Of a stretch of DNA of 64,000 nt, positions 36,125 to 46,873 are shown one piece after another. A model generated the notes under the pieces. The model made no database searches and was not told the origin of the DNA. It saw only the letters and a list, made by a program, of their open reading frames with translations. The translations under genes and the position numbers were made by a program. Every line of letters begins with the position of its first letter. Positions within the stretch are counted from its first letter, which is position 1. This DNA is from Mobula hypostoma (Eukaryota), in contig NC_086097.1 of NCBI RefSeq assembly GCF_963921235.1, forward strand, positions 80,354,001 to 80,418,000, in the 5' to 3' direction.

Positions 36125-36420
36125 TATTTATTTATTTAAAGATACAGTGTGGAGTAGGCCCTTTGAGCCATGTTGCCTAGCAACCCCCCTCCCCCCTGAC
36201 AACCCTGATTTAACCCTAGTTTATGCACGGGGCAATTTACTGCGACCAATTAACCTGCCAAATATGCCTTTGGATTGCGGGAGAAGCCAGAGGACCCAGG
36301 GAAAACCCACACACTCCAGGGGGAAGATGTCCAGAAACTCCTTACGGAGGACGCTGGGATTGAACTCTGAACACCGACACGCTGAGCTGTAATAGCATCG
36401 CGCTAACCGCTACGCTACCG
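36125..36420 (-). mobile_element. tRNA-derived V-SINE (HE1-like)
   Basis: Head CGGTAGCGTAGCGGTTAGC with B-box GAGTTCAATCC, V-domain-like GGGTTTTCCCTGGGTCCTCTGGCTTCTCCCGCAATCCAAAG, CR1-type 3' end and (TAAA)n tail. Confidence 0.75.
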
Positions 36421-36958
36421 AGGCTGTTAGCGACATTGATGTATTAAAGTTAGCTTCTCAGTAAATTAAAAGCAAGCATACATTCCAGGCCTTTTTTATA
36501 TATATACCTATTACTTAGTTTAATGCCAAAATAGAAAGCTTAAATTTTAGAAGTTTAATGAAGGTCTGCAAGTGATTGCAAAGCTTATAAGTTTGATTTG
36601 ATATGCAGCTAATTTTGTGGGCAGGGCACCTTTTGTAATATATTTGGAAAAAATGAAGTATGATAATACTCCACATCATAAAGACTGAGCTCAATTGATA
36701 TGGTAAATTGGTCCAGTCACCTAATTGTGCTAATACTGCAGTGAGTTGAAGCTTGGTAAATGCTCTTAACATTTGTGGCTGCTATATATTTGATTTCCTC
36801 ACACTGTGCCTTCCCAAGACATCAGGTCAATCTGACAAGCAACATCTGGTGAATCAGATAATGTTCCTGTAAAAAGCTGGATCTTACGTCACACTATATC
36901 CATACTATATCCTGGTATTGACCTGAAGATGATAAATGTTCACTGACAATGGTCTGTA

Positions 36959-37491
36959 CACTCAGTGGCCACTTTATTAGGTACAGGAGTGGAACCCGGT
37001 GTGGTCTTCTGCTGCTGTAGCTCACCTACTTTAGGGCTTGACGTGTTGTGCATTAGAGATGCTCTTCGACATGCCATTGTTGTAACTCATGGTTATTTGA
37101 GTTACTGTCACCTTCCTGTCAGCTTGAACCAGTCTCTCAATAACAAGGCGATTTCCCCCACAGAAAAGCCGCTCACTGATTTTTCTTTGTTTTTTTGCAA
37201 CATTCTCTGTAAACTGAGACTCTGTAGACTGTTCTGCATGAAAATCCCATGAGATAAGTAGTTTCTTGAGATACTCAAACCACCCTGTCTGGCACCAACA
37301 ATCATTCCACAGTGAAAGTCACTTCGACCACATTTCTTCCTCATTCTGATGTTAGGTCTGAACAATAACTGAATCTCTTGACCATGACCACATGCTTTTA
37401 TGCATTGGGTTGCTGCCACATGATTGACTAATTGACTGTTTGCATTAACAAGCAGCTGTACAGCTGCACCTAATAAAGTGGCCACTAAATG
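36959..37491 (-). mobile_element. Tc1/mariner non-autonomous element (MITE)
   Basis: 27-bp TIRs CACTCAGTGGCCACTTTATTAGGTACA / TGCACCTAATAAAGTGGCCACTAAATG, TA on both sides, and a transposase N-terminal remnant MRKKCGRSDFHCGMIVGARQGGLSIS. Confidence 0.9.
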
Positions 37492-38092
37492 TAGGTCCAG
37501 AATGAGCTTGGGGATAGGACTTGAACTCAACTAACATTATGCTGTCATCCACAGTTCTCTTTCCTTTGGTTATTTTTAATTCTATTCTCCAATTATTATC
37601 TGCCATGAGCCCTGCGGCTTGCTGTAGAACATTGAGCTTCTGGGGTTTTTGAACAGCTGTATTTGCTAATCATTGCCTTAACTGGAGCCGATAAGGCCTT
37701 GTGTTCTCGGTTTGACCTTGTCAAATTCATTGTGATATGTGTTTCCCTCAGTCGATGACTATTTAAAGAGGACTCTCAGTTGGTGCCTTTTTGTGTTCAT
37801 TGAGTCAGAGAGGAAGGATTACTTGGTAGAGTTGCTCTGTTTCTCCTTGAAGGCTCTGATTCTGACACTTGTTTCCATCTCTTCCTGGGGATCCTGCCAT
37901 TCCTCCACACCTGGATCCAGTCCTCCTAGAGCGCACCGTAACATTATCAGAGAAATAAACATAGTAGGTTAAGTGGTCATTACCTGGTCCTGGGATCGTA
38001 CTGTGGTTAAATTGGCTGCTGTATTTCCCCTATTACAAAGCATTTAGTGTAAAATACAGTGCAATGTTCTAGGTTTAAAGGTTTATTATTAT

Positions 38093-38463
38093 CTCTGGGT
38101 GGTGGTGTGGAGATTCGCCTCTACCAAAGGACGTGTAAGGCACTCCTTCCCTCTGCTTGCCTGTAGATTACCCTTGGGCAAGGTGTAGCACCTGCCTAGA
38201 CCACCCCAATCACGGTAATGTGGTGTATGGTTGTATGAGTAGCTGATGCATATCACAAGTCCTGGTCATGCGACCACTGGTGCCAGTCAGACAGTCTCTG
38301 AAGAGTATAGATAATGGCTGGGGTCACCCACCTTGTAAAGTCACTGCACAGAAGACGGCAATGGCAAACCACTTCTGTAAAAAAAAAATTGCCAACAACA
38401 ATCATGGTTAAAAGACTATGTTCACTTACGTCATTTGACACGGCACAGATTAATGGAGATGAT
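38093..38463 (+). mobile_element. RTE-related non-autonomous element/SINE
   Basis: Contains AGAAGACGGCAATGGCAAACCACTTCTGTA, the RTE/Bov-A-type motif, and an RTE-like 3' end. Confidence 0.6.
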
Positions 38464-38699
38464 TAATATCTCACAGTGAGAAAGGAGGTCTTCTTCATTT
38501 TCAAATTACAATCTGGTTTGTTATTATTTAACAAATATACACTTTCTCACTTTAGATATCTGCAAAAACAATCCAACACTTTGCTTTATCATTGACAATT
38601 GAACACATTCATGACTGCACTAGCAGATGAGATACAAGGTAGTTGTTTGTTTTAATCTTTTATATAGGATAAATACTGCAATTATTTTCAATTTTTTTA

Positions 38700-39272
38700 T
38701 GTAATGGCTTCTCTGTAATGTTAACTGATGAGGCTAATGTAATGGCTTCTCTTTAATGTTAACTGATGAGGTAATGGTTTCTGTGTAGCAGCAATGTTTG
38801 GGTTATAACTAGGGATAATGGGTGGCTATCCAATGGGAGAAGTGTTATTCTTTCTTGTGTGTCTGGAAGCTGGGGTTTTTCGCGGGCTTTCGTTGAGGAG
38901 CGGAGAAGAGGAAGGATGCACATGGAGAGCGCTGGTAGACCACCGGACAGTGTATACTGGAATCCGAGGATCCGAGGGTCGGCGACTTTGGCGGAGGTAG
39001 TTGGTGGAGGAATGCCTGCTGAGTGAGCTCCAACTGAAATTGGGACTTTAACTTTGGGCCCTTTTTTTGTTTTGTTTATTTTCATACTAACCCTATATTC
39101 AGATTAAGATTCATAAAGTCTATCATATGGTGTACTGTCTGATATTTTGCATTGTGGGTTTGTGATTGGGAGTACATTACACAGCATCCACTCAAACTTG
39201 AATACCCTGTTTGGCGGGGCTGAAAGCTGATTCCCCTAGACGAACGTGAGCGGGTGAGCCCGGAGAGTTACA
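38700..39272. mobile_element. Solo LTR
   Basis: TGTAAT...GTTACA termini, TSD TTTA (38696-38699 and 39273-39276), internal tandem duplication of GTAATGGCTTCTCT.TAATGTTAACTGATGAGG; homologous to 40411-41000. Confidence 0.8.
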
Positions 39273-39604
39273 TTTATTAAACAAAAATGCTTTGTACAAT
39301 ACTCATGATACCAAGAAATAAAAACAAGTAAATAATGTAAAAGACAGCTGAGTTTGCTTCTGTGGAGAGAGTGGATCAAAAGAAAGAAACTTTTATTTAT
39401 TTCTTGTTGTGATCTCAGTACATCCAAGGCATTTACATTTAAGAAAATACATTTAAATTAAAACACCAGCTGTAATTTAAAATAGTAATAGTAATATTTT
39501 GGGCATTAGTCTTGAAACAGATTTGGGCAGAAGCTAAAACTTTAACTTATCTCTATTTTCAAAATGCTTGAATATTTACTGTCTAATATTTTCTTTCATT
39601 TGCT

Positions 39605-41100
39605 CAGAATCAGAATCAGATTTATTATCCAGCATATGTTGAGAAATTTGTTAACTTTACAGCAGCAGTACAATGCAATACATGATAATATATAAAAATC
39701 CCTGTGAATTACAGTAAGCATATATATAATAGTTAAATTAAATAAGTAGTGCAAAAAAGAAATAAAAAACTACGGAGTAATGTTCATAGGTTCAGTGTCC
39801 ATTCAGAAATCGGATGGCAGAGGGGAAGAAGCTGTTCCTGAATCACTGAGTGTGTGCCTTCAGGCTTCTGTACCTCCTTCCTGGTGGTAACAATGAGAAA
39901 AGGGCATGTTCTGGCTGTTGGGGTTCTTTAGTGTTGGACACTGCCTTTTTGAGACATTGCTCCTTGAAGATCTCTTAGATACTATGGAGGCTGGTGCCCG
40001 TAATGGAGCTAACTAATTTTACAATTCTCTGCGACTTACCTCGATCCAGTGCAGTCCTCACTCCTGCTCCCGCCCCCATACCAGACAGTGATGCAGTCAG
40101 TCAGAATGCTCTCCATTGTACTTCTGTAGAAATTAGGTGACACACCAAATCTTCTCAAACTCCTAATGAAATATAACCGCTGTTTTGCCTTCTGTATGTT
40201 GGGACCAGGTTAGGTCCTCAGAGATATTAACACCAAGGAGATTGAAGTCACTCACTCTCTCCACTTCTGATCCCTCTGTGAGGTTCGGTGTGTGTTCCCT
40301 CATCTTACCCTTTCTGAAGGCCACAATCAGCTCTTTGGTTGTACTAATGCTGAGGGCATCACTGTGACTGTGACACCACTCAACTAGCTGTTACATCTTG
40401 CTCTTGTATGTGTAACATGCTGTAAGGTTTCACTGCCAGTGTAATGGCTGCTCTGTAATGTTCCACTGCTAGGGTAATGGTTTCTCTGTAGCAGCAATGT
40501 TTGGGTTATGACTAGAGGTAATGGGGCCTTTGGAATGTATGTTAGCCAATGAGCGGGATGTTGTTCTTTTTTGTGGGTCTGGGAGCAGGGATTTCGTGGT
40601 CTTTTGTCGGCGAGAGATGAAGAGGGAAGACGTGTGGAGAGAGCTGGTAGACCACCGGACAGAGTAAACGGGGAGTGAAGGTCCGAACGTCAGTGACGCT
40701 CGCAGGAGATTGATGGTGGACGAATGGCCTTATCAGTGAGCTCCAACGTGCACGTTTGACCTTTTCCTTAAAATGGGCCCTTTTTCTTTTTATTTTCTTT
40801 ACTAACCCCATTTTCAGACTTAGATTTATAAACTCCTATCAGTTAATTGCATACGGTCTGCTGTCTGATATTTTGCGGTGCGGATTTGTAACCAGGCAAC
40901 ACATCACGCAGCATCCACACAAATGAGATTTCTCAGTTTGGCGGGATCAGAGGCTGTCTTCCCCTAGACGAGCACGTGCTGGCCGAACCTGAGGGTTACA
41001 TACACCATTTTGTCACCATCCGAGATCCTGCCAACAATGGCTGTATGTATCATCAGCAACTTTATAAACATTTGAGCTGTGTCTAGTCACACAGTCATGT
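39605..41100 (-). mobile_element. Rex1/Babar 3' portion, split by a solo LTR
   Basis: (GATTCT)n tail at 39605-39620; homologous to 6790-7520; resumes after 41000. Confidence 0.8.
40411..41000. mobile_element. Solo LTR, same family as 38700-39272
   Basis: TGTAAC...GTTACA termini; flanks TATG/TACA are consistent with a CpG-decayed TACG TSD. Confidence 0.8.
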
Positions 41101-41201
41101 TAAGAACTTATTCTGCTAGTTTGCTGGGATACCAGACCTAGCATTTCAAACTGGTGTTCCAGAATTAAACAACTAATATTTATATATTCCTTTTAAAATT
41201 A

Positions 41202-41492
41202 TCAGAATCAGAAGCAGAATCTGAATCAGAATCTGATTAAATAAAACTGTTATGAAATCTGTTAGTTTTGCAGCAGCAGTACAAAGCAATACATGCTAAA
41301 TATAGAAAAAACGGAATTACGGTAAGTATATGTATATTAAATAGTTAAATTAAAATAAGCAGTGCAAAAATAGAAATGATAAAAGTAGTGAGGTAGTGTT
41401 CATGGGTTCAATTGTCCATATAGAAATCAGGTGGCACAGGGGAAGAGGCTGTTCCTAAATTGCTGAGTGTGTGCCTTTAGGTTTCTGTACCT
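41202..41492 (-). mobile_element. Rex1/Babar 3' end fragment
   Basis: Near copy of 39605-39875 with a (GATTCT)n tail. Confidence 0.75.
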
Positions 41493-42341
41493 AAATAAAG
41501 GAGGATTGCTATTTATTCCTGCAGTGGCCAAGTGATTTCATATGGCTTAAGCTCACGTCTTGATTAACCGGTGACCCTTATCACCTCTACTGTGTACATT
41601 GTGCTTGATGAACAATATAAAGTAAAGGATATGAATGTCTTGCCATCCACATGGCAGTAATTAAATCAAGTGCTTCTGCTGATGTTAAGAAAGTGCTTGA
41701 GCTTTGCTCCTCTACTTCATGCCATTATCAGCAGTGCTCCGTTGAATTATTGCCTTGTAGCTCATTGCTTGCTATCTGTTATTTCTAGTAACCTCCTCTG
41801 TCATTCCCGCTTATCAAGATTGCAACTGAAACAGGGATCTCTAATGTATGCAGTTCCTTCTCACAAAATGCCAGGCACATTTTCTCTTTGCTGAAAGATG
41901 AGGGAGGGCCTCATCCAGTTTTCCTTATGTCAAGGTCACGAAAGATGCTCTTGCACCAGTCATAAAAAAAAAATCCTCTGAATTGAAGACATGACTAGTC
42001 AGAGCCTTGGATGGAAAAACACAAGGAAATGAATTGTTCATATTTGAATTTGTCCTCTGTTTCCCCTTAAAATATAAGCCATTTGTTTTTGGTTTACTTC
42101 TGGAGTTACTGTCTTATTTCAGTAATGTCAACTTGACTCATCAATGGCATCATCAGCAGCAATGATAGTCAATCTGTTCATGCGCAGGTTCCAATCCAGA
42201 GCATAACAGCCTGGCCTTACTGACTGCACCTTCTACACCCCATAAAATGTATCAATTCGCATACTACAGCCATTCTTGCATTGGGGCAGGATGAAAGGAA
42301 AGCGGCTTCTTTGAAATACAATAGCAATTCTATCAAATCTC

Positions 42342-42477
42342 AAACAACAGGAATTCTGCAGATGCTGGAAATTCAAGCAACATACATCAAAGTTGCTGGT
42401 GAATGCAGCAGGCCAAGCAGCATCTATAGGAAGAGGTGCAGTCGACGTTTCAGGTCGAGACCCTTCGTCAGGACTAA
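42342..42477 (-). mobile_element. 136-bp Penelope pLTR-end insertion carrying a hammerhead
   Basis: Nearly identical to 12880-12988 over the shared part; 12-bp TSD CTATCAAATCTC at 42330-42341 and 42478-42489. Confidence 0.9.
42440..42475 (-). ncRNA. Minimal type I hammerhead ribozyme, core intact
   Basis: AGTC-CTGACGA-AGG-GTCTCGA-CCT-GAAA-C-GTC-GACT. Confidence 0.85.
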
Positions 42478-43387
42478 CTATCAAATCTCTTCTGTTCTTT
42501 CCTAGTTGGTAATGACTTGCCTTGGCATTCACAGACTGGAATCTCATCATTTTTCATTGATAGTGAGTGCACATGACATGTTCATTCAAATTACATAACC
42601 AGGTGTATTTAGAGAACATAGGTCATTGGGTTGAAAGGCTGCTGGGTAGTTTTCAAGGAGACGGGCATTGGCTCATCTATTATCTCTGTTTCTAATCGAA
42701 GAAGATTTATAATCTGTTGACAATGGGTAGGTTAGCTAAAAATACATCAAAGGTTCTAACTAAGACCAAAAAAACTGTATTTTGTGGCCATAGTTTGTGA
42801 TACTTGCAATCATTATTTATTCTACTGTGCATTGTAAAGTTGCTATTAATTTTTCCTTGTGAACTGATGCAGTTGATTGTGTTGTTGGGTAGGAAGTTCC
42901 AACATATGCAGTGGCAATCAGGTGTACTGACAAGTCAGTGTCATTGCTAGGACATTTGTTGATTTAGTTGATGGTAGTGATTGGACAAGTGGGACAACAG
43001 TATGCAGGGTCTATTTTTATACCTGTTTTTCAAGAACAGGATTCAACACTATAGCTGAGCCATTGTTTAGTCAGTACCCATGCTATGTTCCATGTATAAC
43101 TAGTTCCTGATAATGCACAAAGTAAATCGAACTGGGTGAAAACTGCCCTCTAAGATGGAGGCAAATTTAGGAAGATATGGCTACTTCCCCCATAGCTTTT
43201 CTAGATGCAGATGATTGAATATACTTCAGTCTTTTCTTTAAGGCTCTTGTGATAGGATCTGCAATAGTCTTCACCTCATCAGTTAGAGGTAGACTGTAGG
43301 TAGTTATCAGCAGACGGTTTTCTTGTTTGACCTGATACCATGTACCGTGAATCCGTGTTGTTACATGGTACCATGGTGCATAAGCTC

Positions 43388-43889
43388 AAGAGGTACTGCA
43401 GATGCTGGATATCTAGAGCAATGCACACAATGTGCTGGAGGAGCTCAGCAGGTTAGCGGCGTCTGTGGATGGGAATAAATAGTCGACATTTTGGGCCAAG
43501 ACCCTTCATCAGGACTGGAAAGGAAGGGGGAAGAAGTCAGAATAAGAAGGGAGGGGAGGGAGAAAGAATTACAAGGTGGCAGGTGATAGTGAAACTAGGA
43601 GAGAGTGAGGAGATGAAGTAAAGAGCTGGAAAGTTGATTGGTAGAAAAGATAAAGGGCTGGAGAAGGGGGAACCTGATAGGAGAGGACAGAAGATCTCGG
43701 GAGAAAGAGGAGGAGGAGGAGCACCAGAGTGAGGTGATGGGCAGGTAAGAAGAGAAAATGTGAGAGGGGAACAAGAATGGTGAATGGTGAAGAGGGGGAG
43801 GAGGGAATCTGTTTATAAACGTCGACTGTTTATTCCCTTCAATAGATGCTGCCTGACCTGCTGAGCTCCTCCAGCACTTTGTGTGTATT
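43388..43889 (-). mobile_element. Penelope pLTR fragment with an inverted terminal copy
   Basis: 43420-43491 and 43817-43889 are inverted repeats. The hammerhead at 43481-43516 has GAAA changed to AAAA. Confidence 0.75.
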
Positions 43890-44688
43890 ACCACGGTCAT
43901 AATATCAGATCAGGTAGGGAAACTTATTCCTTCCCAACTGTATATTGCTGTGAAATTCCCTCTGGGAGAGTTTGTCCTACATGTGGCTTCCTAATTCATG
44001 GAGCTCTCTCCTGGTCATTACCTGAAAGTCAGAGTTCAGGTGGGTTCAGGGGGATGGCAGTTGGAGGGTCCATTTGGAAGTTCCTGGATGGGAAAACCAT
44101 ACCAAAAACGGTTCATGAATTCTGCCAGTTATATTCAGCAGGATAGATGCGCCTCCTGTTCCTGGCTGTTTTCTGTCTCTATGTAAATTTCAGAGTTAAT
44201 AATTCTTACATTTTATCTTGAGCTTTTCTCATTTTTCAGTGAAACAAATGCACAAATAACCATTAAACGCATTAAGCATCATTAATATAGTTGACTAATC
44301 AAAGTAAATTGGAATCTGAACTCAATGATCATTTTGGTTTTGTTTTATTGTTCTGGTGTTTTTTCTTCCAAAAACCTTTGTTTTTTTCACTAATATTTAC
44401 AGAACTGACCTTTTGCAATCATGACCCGAGGTCTCTAATGCATCTATTCAGAAAAACTCCACAGTAAGCTGGATTTTAAATTTTAAAAAATACACTTTTT
44501 ATTGCTGCCAAAAATTGACTTTTCCTGTTGGAAAATGCAAAGTGTAAGTGTCATTGTTATAATAAGGAAGGCCCATTAAACTAGAATTAAGACAAGCAGC
44601 ATATTTCTAATTGCCATAAATTTACGGCCTTAGGATACCCATGTCGAGGCTTCCTATTATACAAGCTACAAGCTAATTTTGTGCATGT

Positions 44689-44901
44689 TGTAGAGTAATG
44701 TAATTAATGAAAATATACATAATTCAAAACCACCAACATTGAGTTGGGGTTCACTTCAAGAGGCTGGTCTGATGTGATGACGTAATTACACAAAGGACCT
44801 TTAGCCTGCTTTGTATTCAGGTTTTGGAGTTCGATAAATGTGTTGTTAAGGTTTCCTTAAACTTAAAATGCCTCACATTGTTTTGTTTGTGAAGACCTAC
44901 A
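44689..44901 (+). repeat. 5' LTR of the Gypsy element
   Basis: Diverged direct repeat of 50993-51202 (AGAGGCTGG.CTGA.GTGATG, AAAGGACCTTTAG, TTTCCTTAAACTTAAAA.GCCTCAC). Confidence 0.85.
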
Positions 44902-44902
44902 T

Positions 44903-44917
44903 TGGTGACCCCGATGC
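44903..44917 (+). other. Primer-binding site, tRNA-Trp-like
   Basis: TGGTGACCCCGATG follows the LTR; the complement of the tRNA-Trp 3' end is TGGTGACCCCGACG. Confidence 0.8.
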
Positions 44918-46873
44918 TCTCGAACGATTCCAGAGTTATTAAACATGTTGGCCAATGCAGTCACTTTGAAACTCCTGGAGGTTTGGGAGCAAAAATGCCG
45001 CGGCTTGTTTTGTAGAAGCTGAGGCCTAGTTCACGCTGTGAGAAACTCCTGCCATTGACTCCAATTCTTCTATGTGGTAGTGTCGCTCGGAAACTCCACA
45101 GCTACAAGAGTGGTCTACTAGAACACCTGCCTGAACACGATAAATACCAATCACTGAAAACTCAGCTTTCTCAGACTTTTGGACTATTGAAGTCTGAATG
45201 CGCCAAACAGATGCACTCCTTGCCCGGCCTCGGCGATGCTAAGGCATTGGAGCTAATGGACCACGTGCTGCTGCTCCTGGGAAATCAACATCCTTGTTTT
45301 ATTTTCAAAGAACTAAGCAAGTGACTGATCAAGTTCACATAGCCCTTGCTAATGTACCTGTGATGGACTATAGGGAGCTTGCTAAAATAGCTGATAGTCT
45401 ACACTCAGCTAGGCAGCAGTGGATCATTCCTCCTCCTTTCTCAACCTCAAAAAGCCCAGTTAGCAAAGCTCCCAACAGAAGAATCCCAGTGGCTGCATAA
45501 CAGATGACACTGGGCTTGCTTTGGTGCGAATGCTAGGAAGTGCCGACTGCCTTGCAGCTTTGAAAGTGTTAGCGCATCAGGATATCAGAGATCTGTGAAC
45601 ACCATGGGTTCCAGCTGCCAGAGACGTCCACTGTTCATTACGGATGCTGTTTCAGGGCGACGCTTCCTGCATGACATGGGTGCCCAAGTGAGTGTGCTAC
45701 CAGCATTGCCTATTGAAGAGAAGACAAAACCTCGCTGGAGACCGCCAATGGCAGCAGGATCCAGACTTATGGGACCTGGCGGGTGATGGTATGCTTCTAT
45801 GGGCAAAGATACACATAGGACTTGTCCTGGCTAAAGTGGCTAGACCTCTGCTCAATGCAGATTTCCTTTGTGCCCAAGAACTATTAGTAGATCTTAAGAA
45901 ATGCTGGGTTGCGGATGTCAAGGGCTTTGAGTCATTACCCTGCTCCCCCAGTAAGACTCTATCAAGCACATGCACCGCTGTAAGTGAGTTTACTCGACTG
46001 CTGGGCAAATTTCCATACCTCACCAAGCCCACGTTCTCCATTACAGTAACAAAACATGACCTCAAGCACCATGTTCTCATAACTCGCCTGTAGGTCCATG
46101 CCTGCGTGTGTAGACTGAAACCAGAAAAGTTGGCAACTACAAAAGCTGAGTTTACCAACATGGAAAGACTTGGCATTGTACGCTCGCCGAATAGCCCCTG
46201 GGCTTCACCACCCCATAAGGTCCCTAAGTCCGATGGTGGTTGCCACCCATGTGGTGATTACCGAAGCCCTAATGAGGCCACCACCCCCAATTGTTACTGG
46301 GTGCCAGACATCAAAGACTTTTTGATATATTTAGCTGGAAAGTCAATTTTTTCCGAAGTTGATCTAGTTAGTGGCTACCATAAGGTGTCTTTGTGCTCGA
46401 AGGATGTTCCCAAAATGGCTGTGATAACCCTATTTGGCCTCTTCGAACTTCTGCGCATGGCACTTGGGCTGAAAAATGCAGCACAGACTTTCCAATGGCT
46501 GATGGATTCTGTATTAAAAGACAGAGTTTCTTTTTGTTTACTTGGATGACATATTTGTCACCAATGTGTCCAAATCCAAACACGTGTCTCACCTCTGCAC
46601 GCTTTTCAAATGCTTAAGCCAACATGGATTGGCTATTAACCATGTTAAGTGTCAGTTTGGGTTGTCAACCATTCATTTTCTTGGCCATCACATCTCCGCA
46701 GAAGGTGCAAAACCCTCCCATCAAAAATAGCCTCTATTATGGATTTCCCTCTGCCCTGCACTCATAAAAAAGCTGCAGGAACTCTTGGGTCTGGTAATTT
46801 TCTGCTTCATTCTGTGAGTTGATGAACTTATGCTTCCCCTATACAGTGTGCTTAAAGGCAATACCTCTAATTA

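Noticed and set aside
36360..36420. tRNA gene (also 54930-54995)
   Set aside because: A/B boxes are present but there is no complete cloverleaf, and they continue into SINE bodies and tails.
38230..38300. Twister- or HDV-like ribozyme in the RTE-related element
   Set aside because: CAAGTCCTGG loosely recalls twister motifs, but I could not build the required stems and pseudoknots by eye; a covariance-model search is needed.
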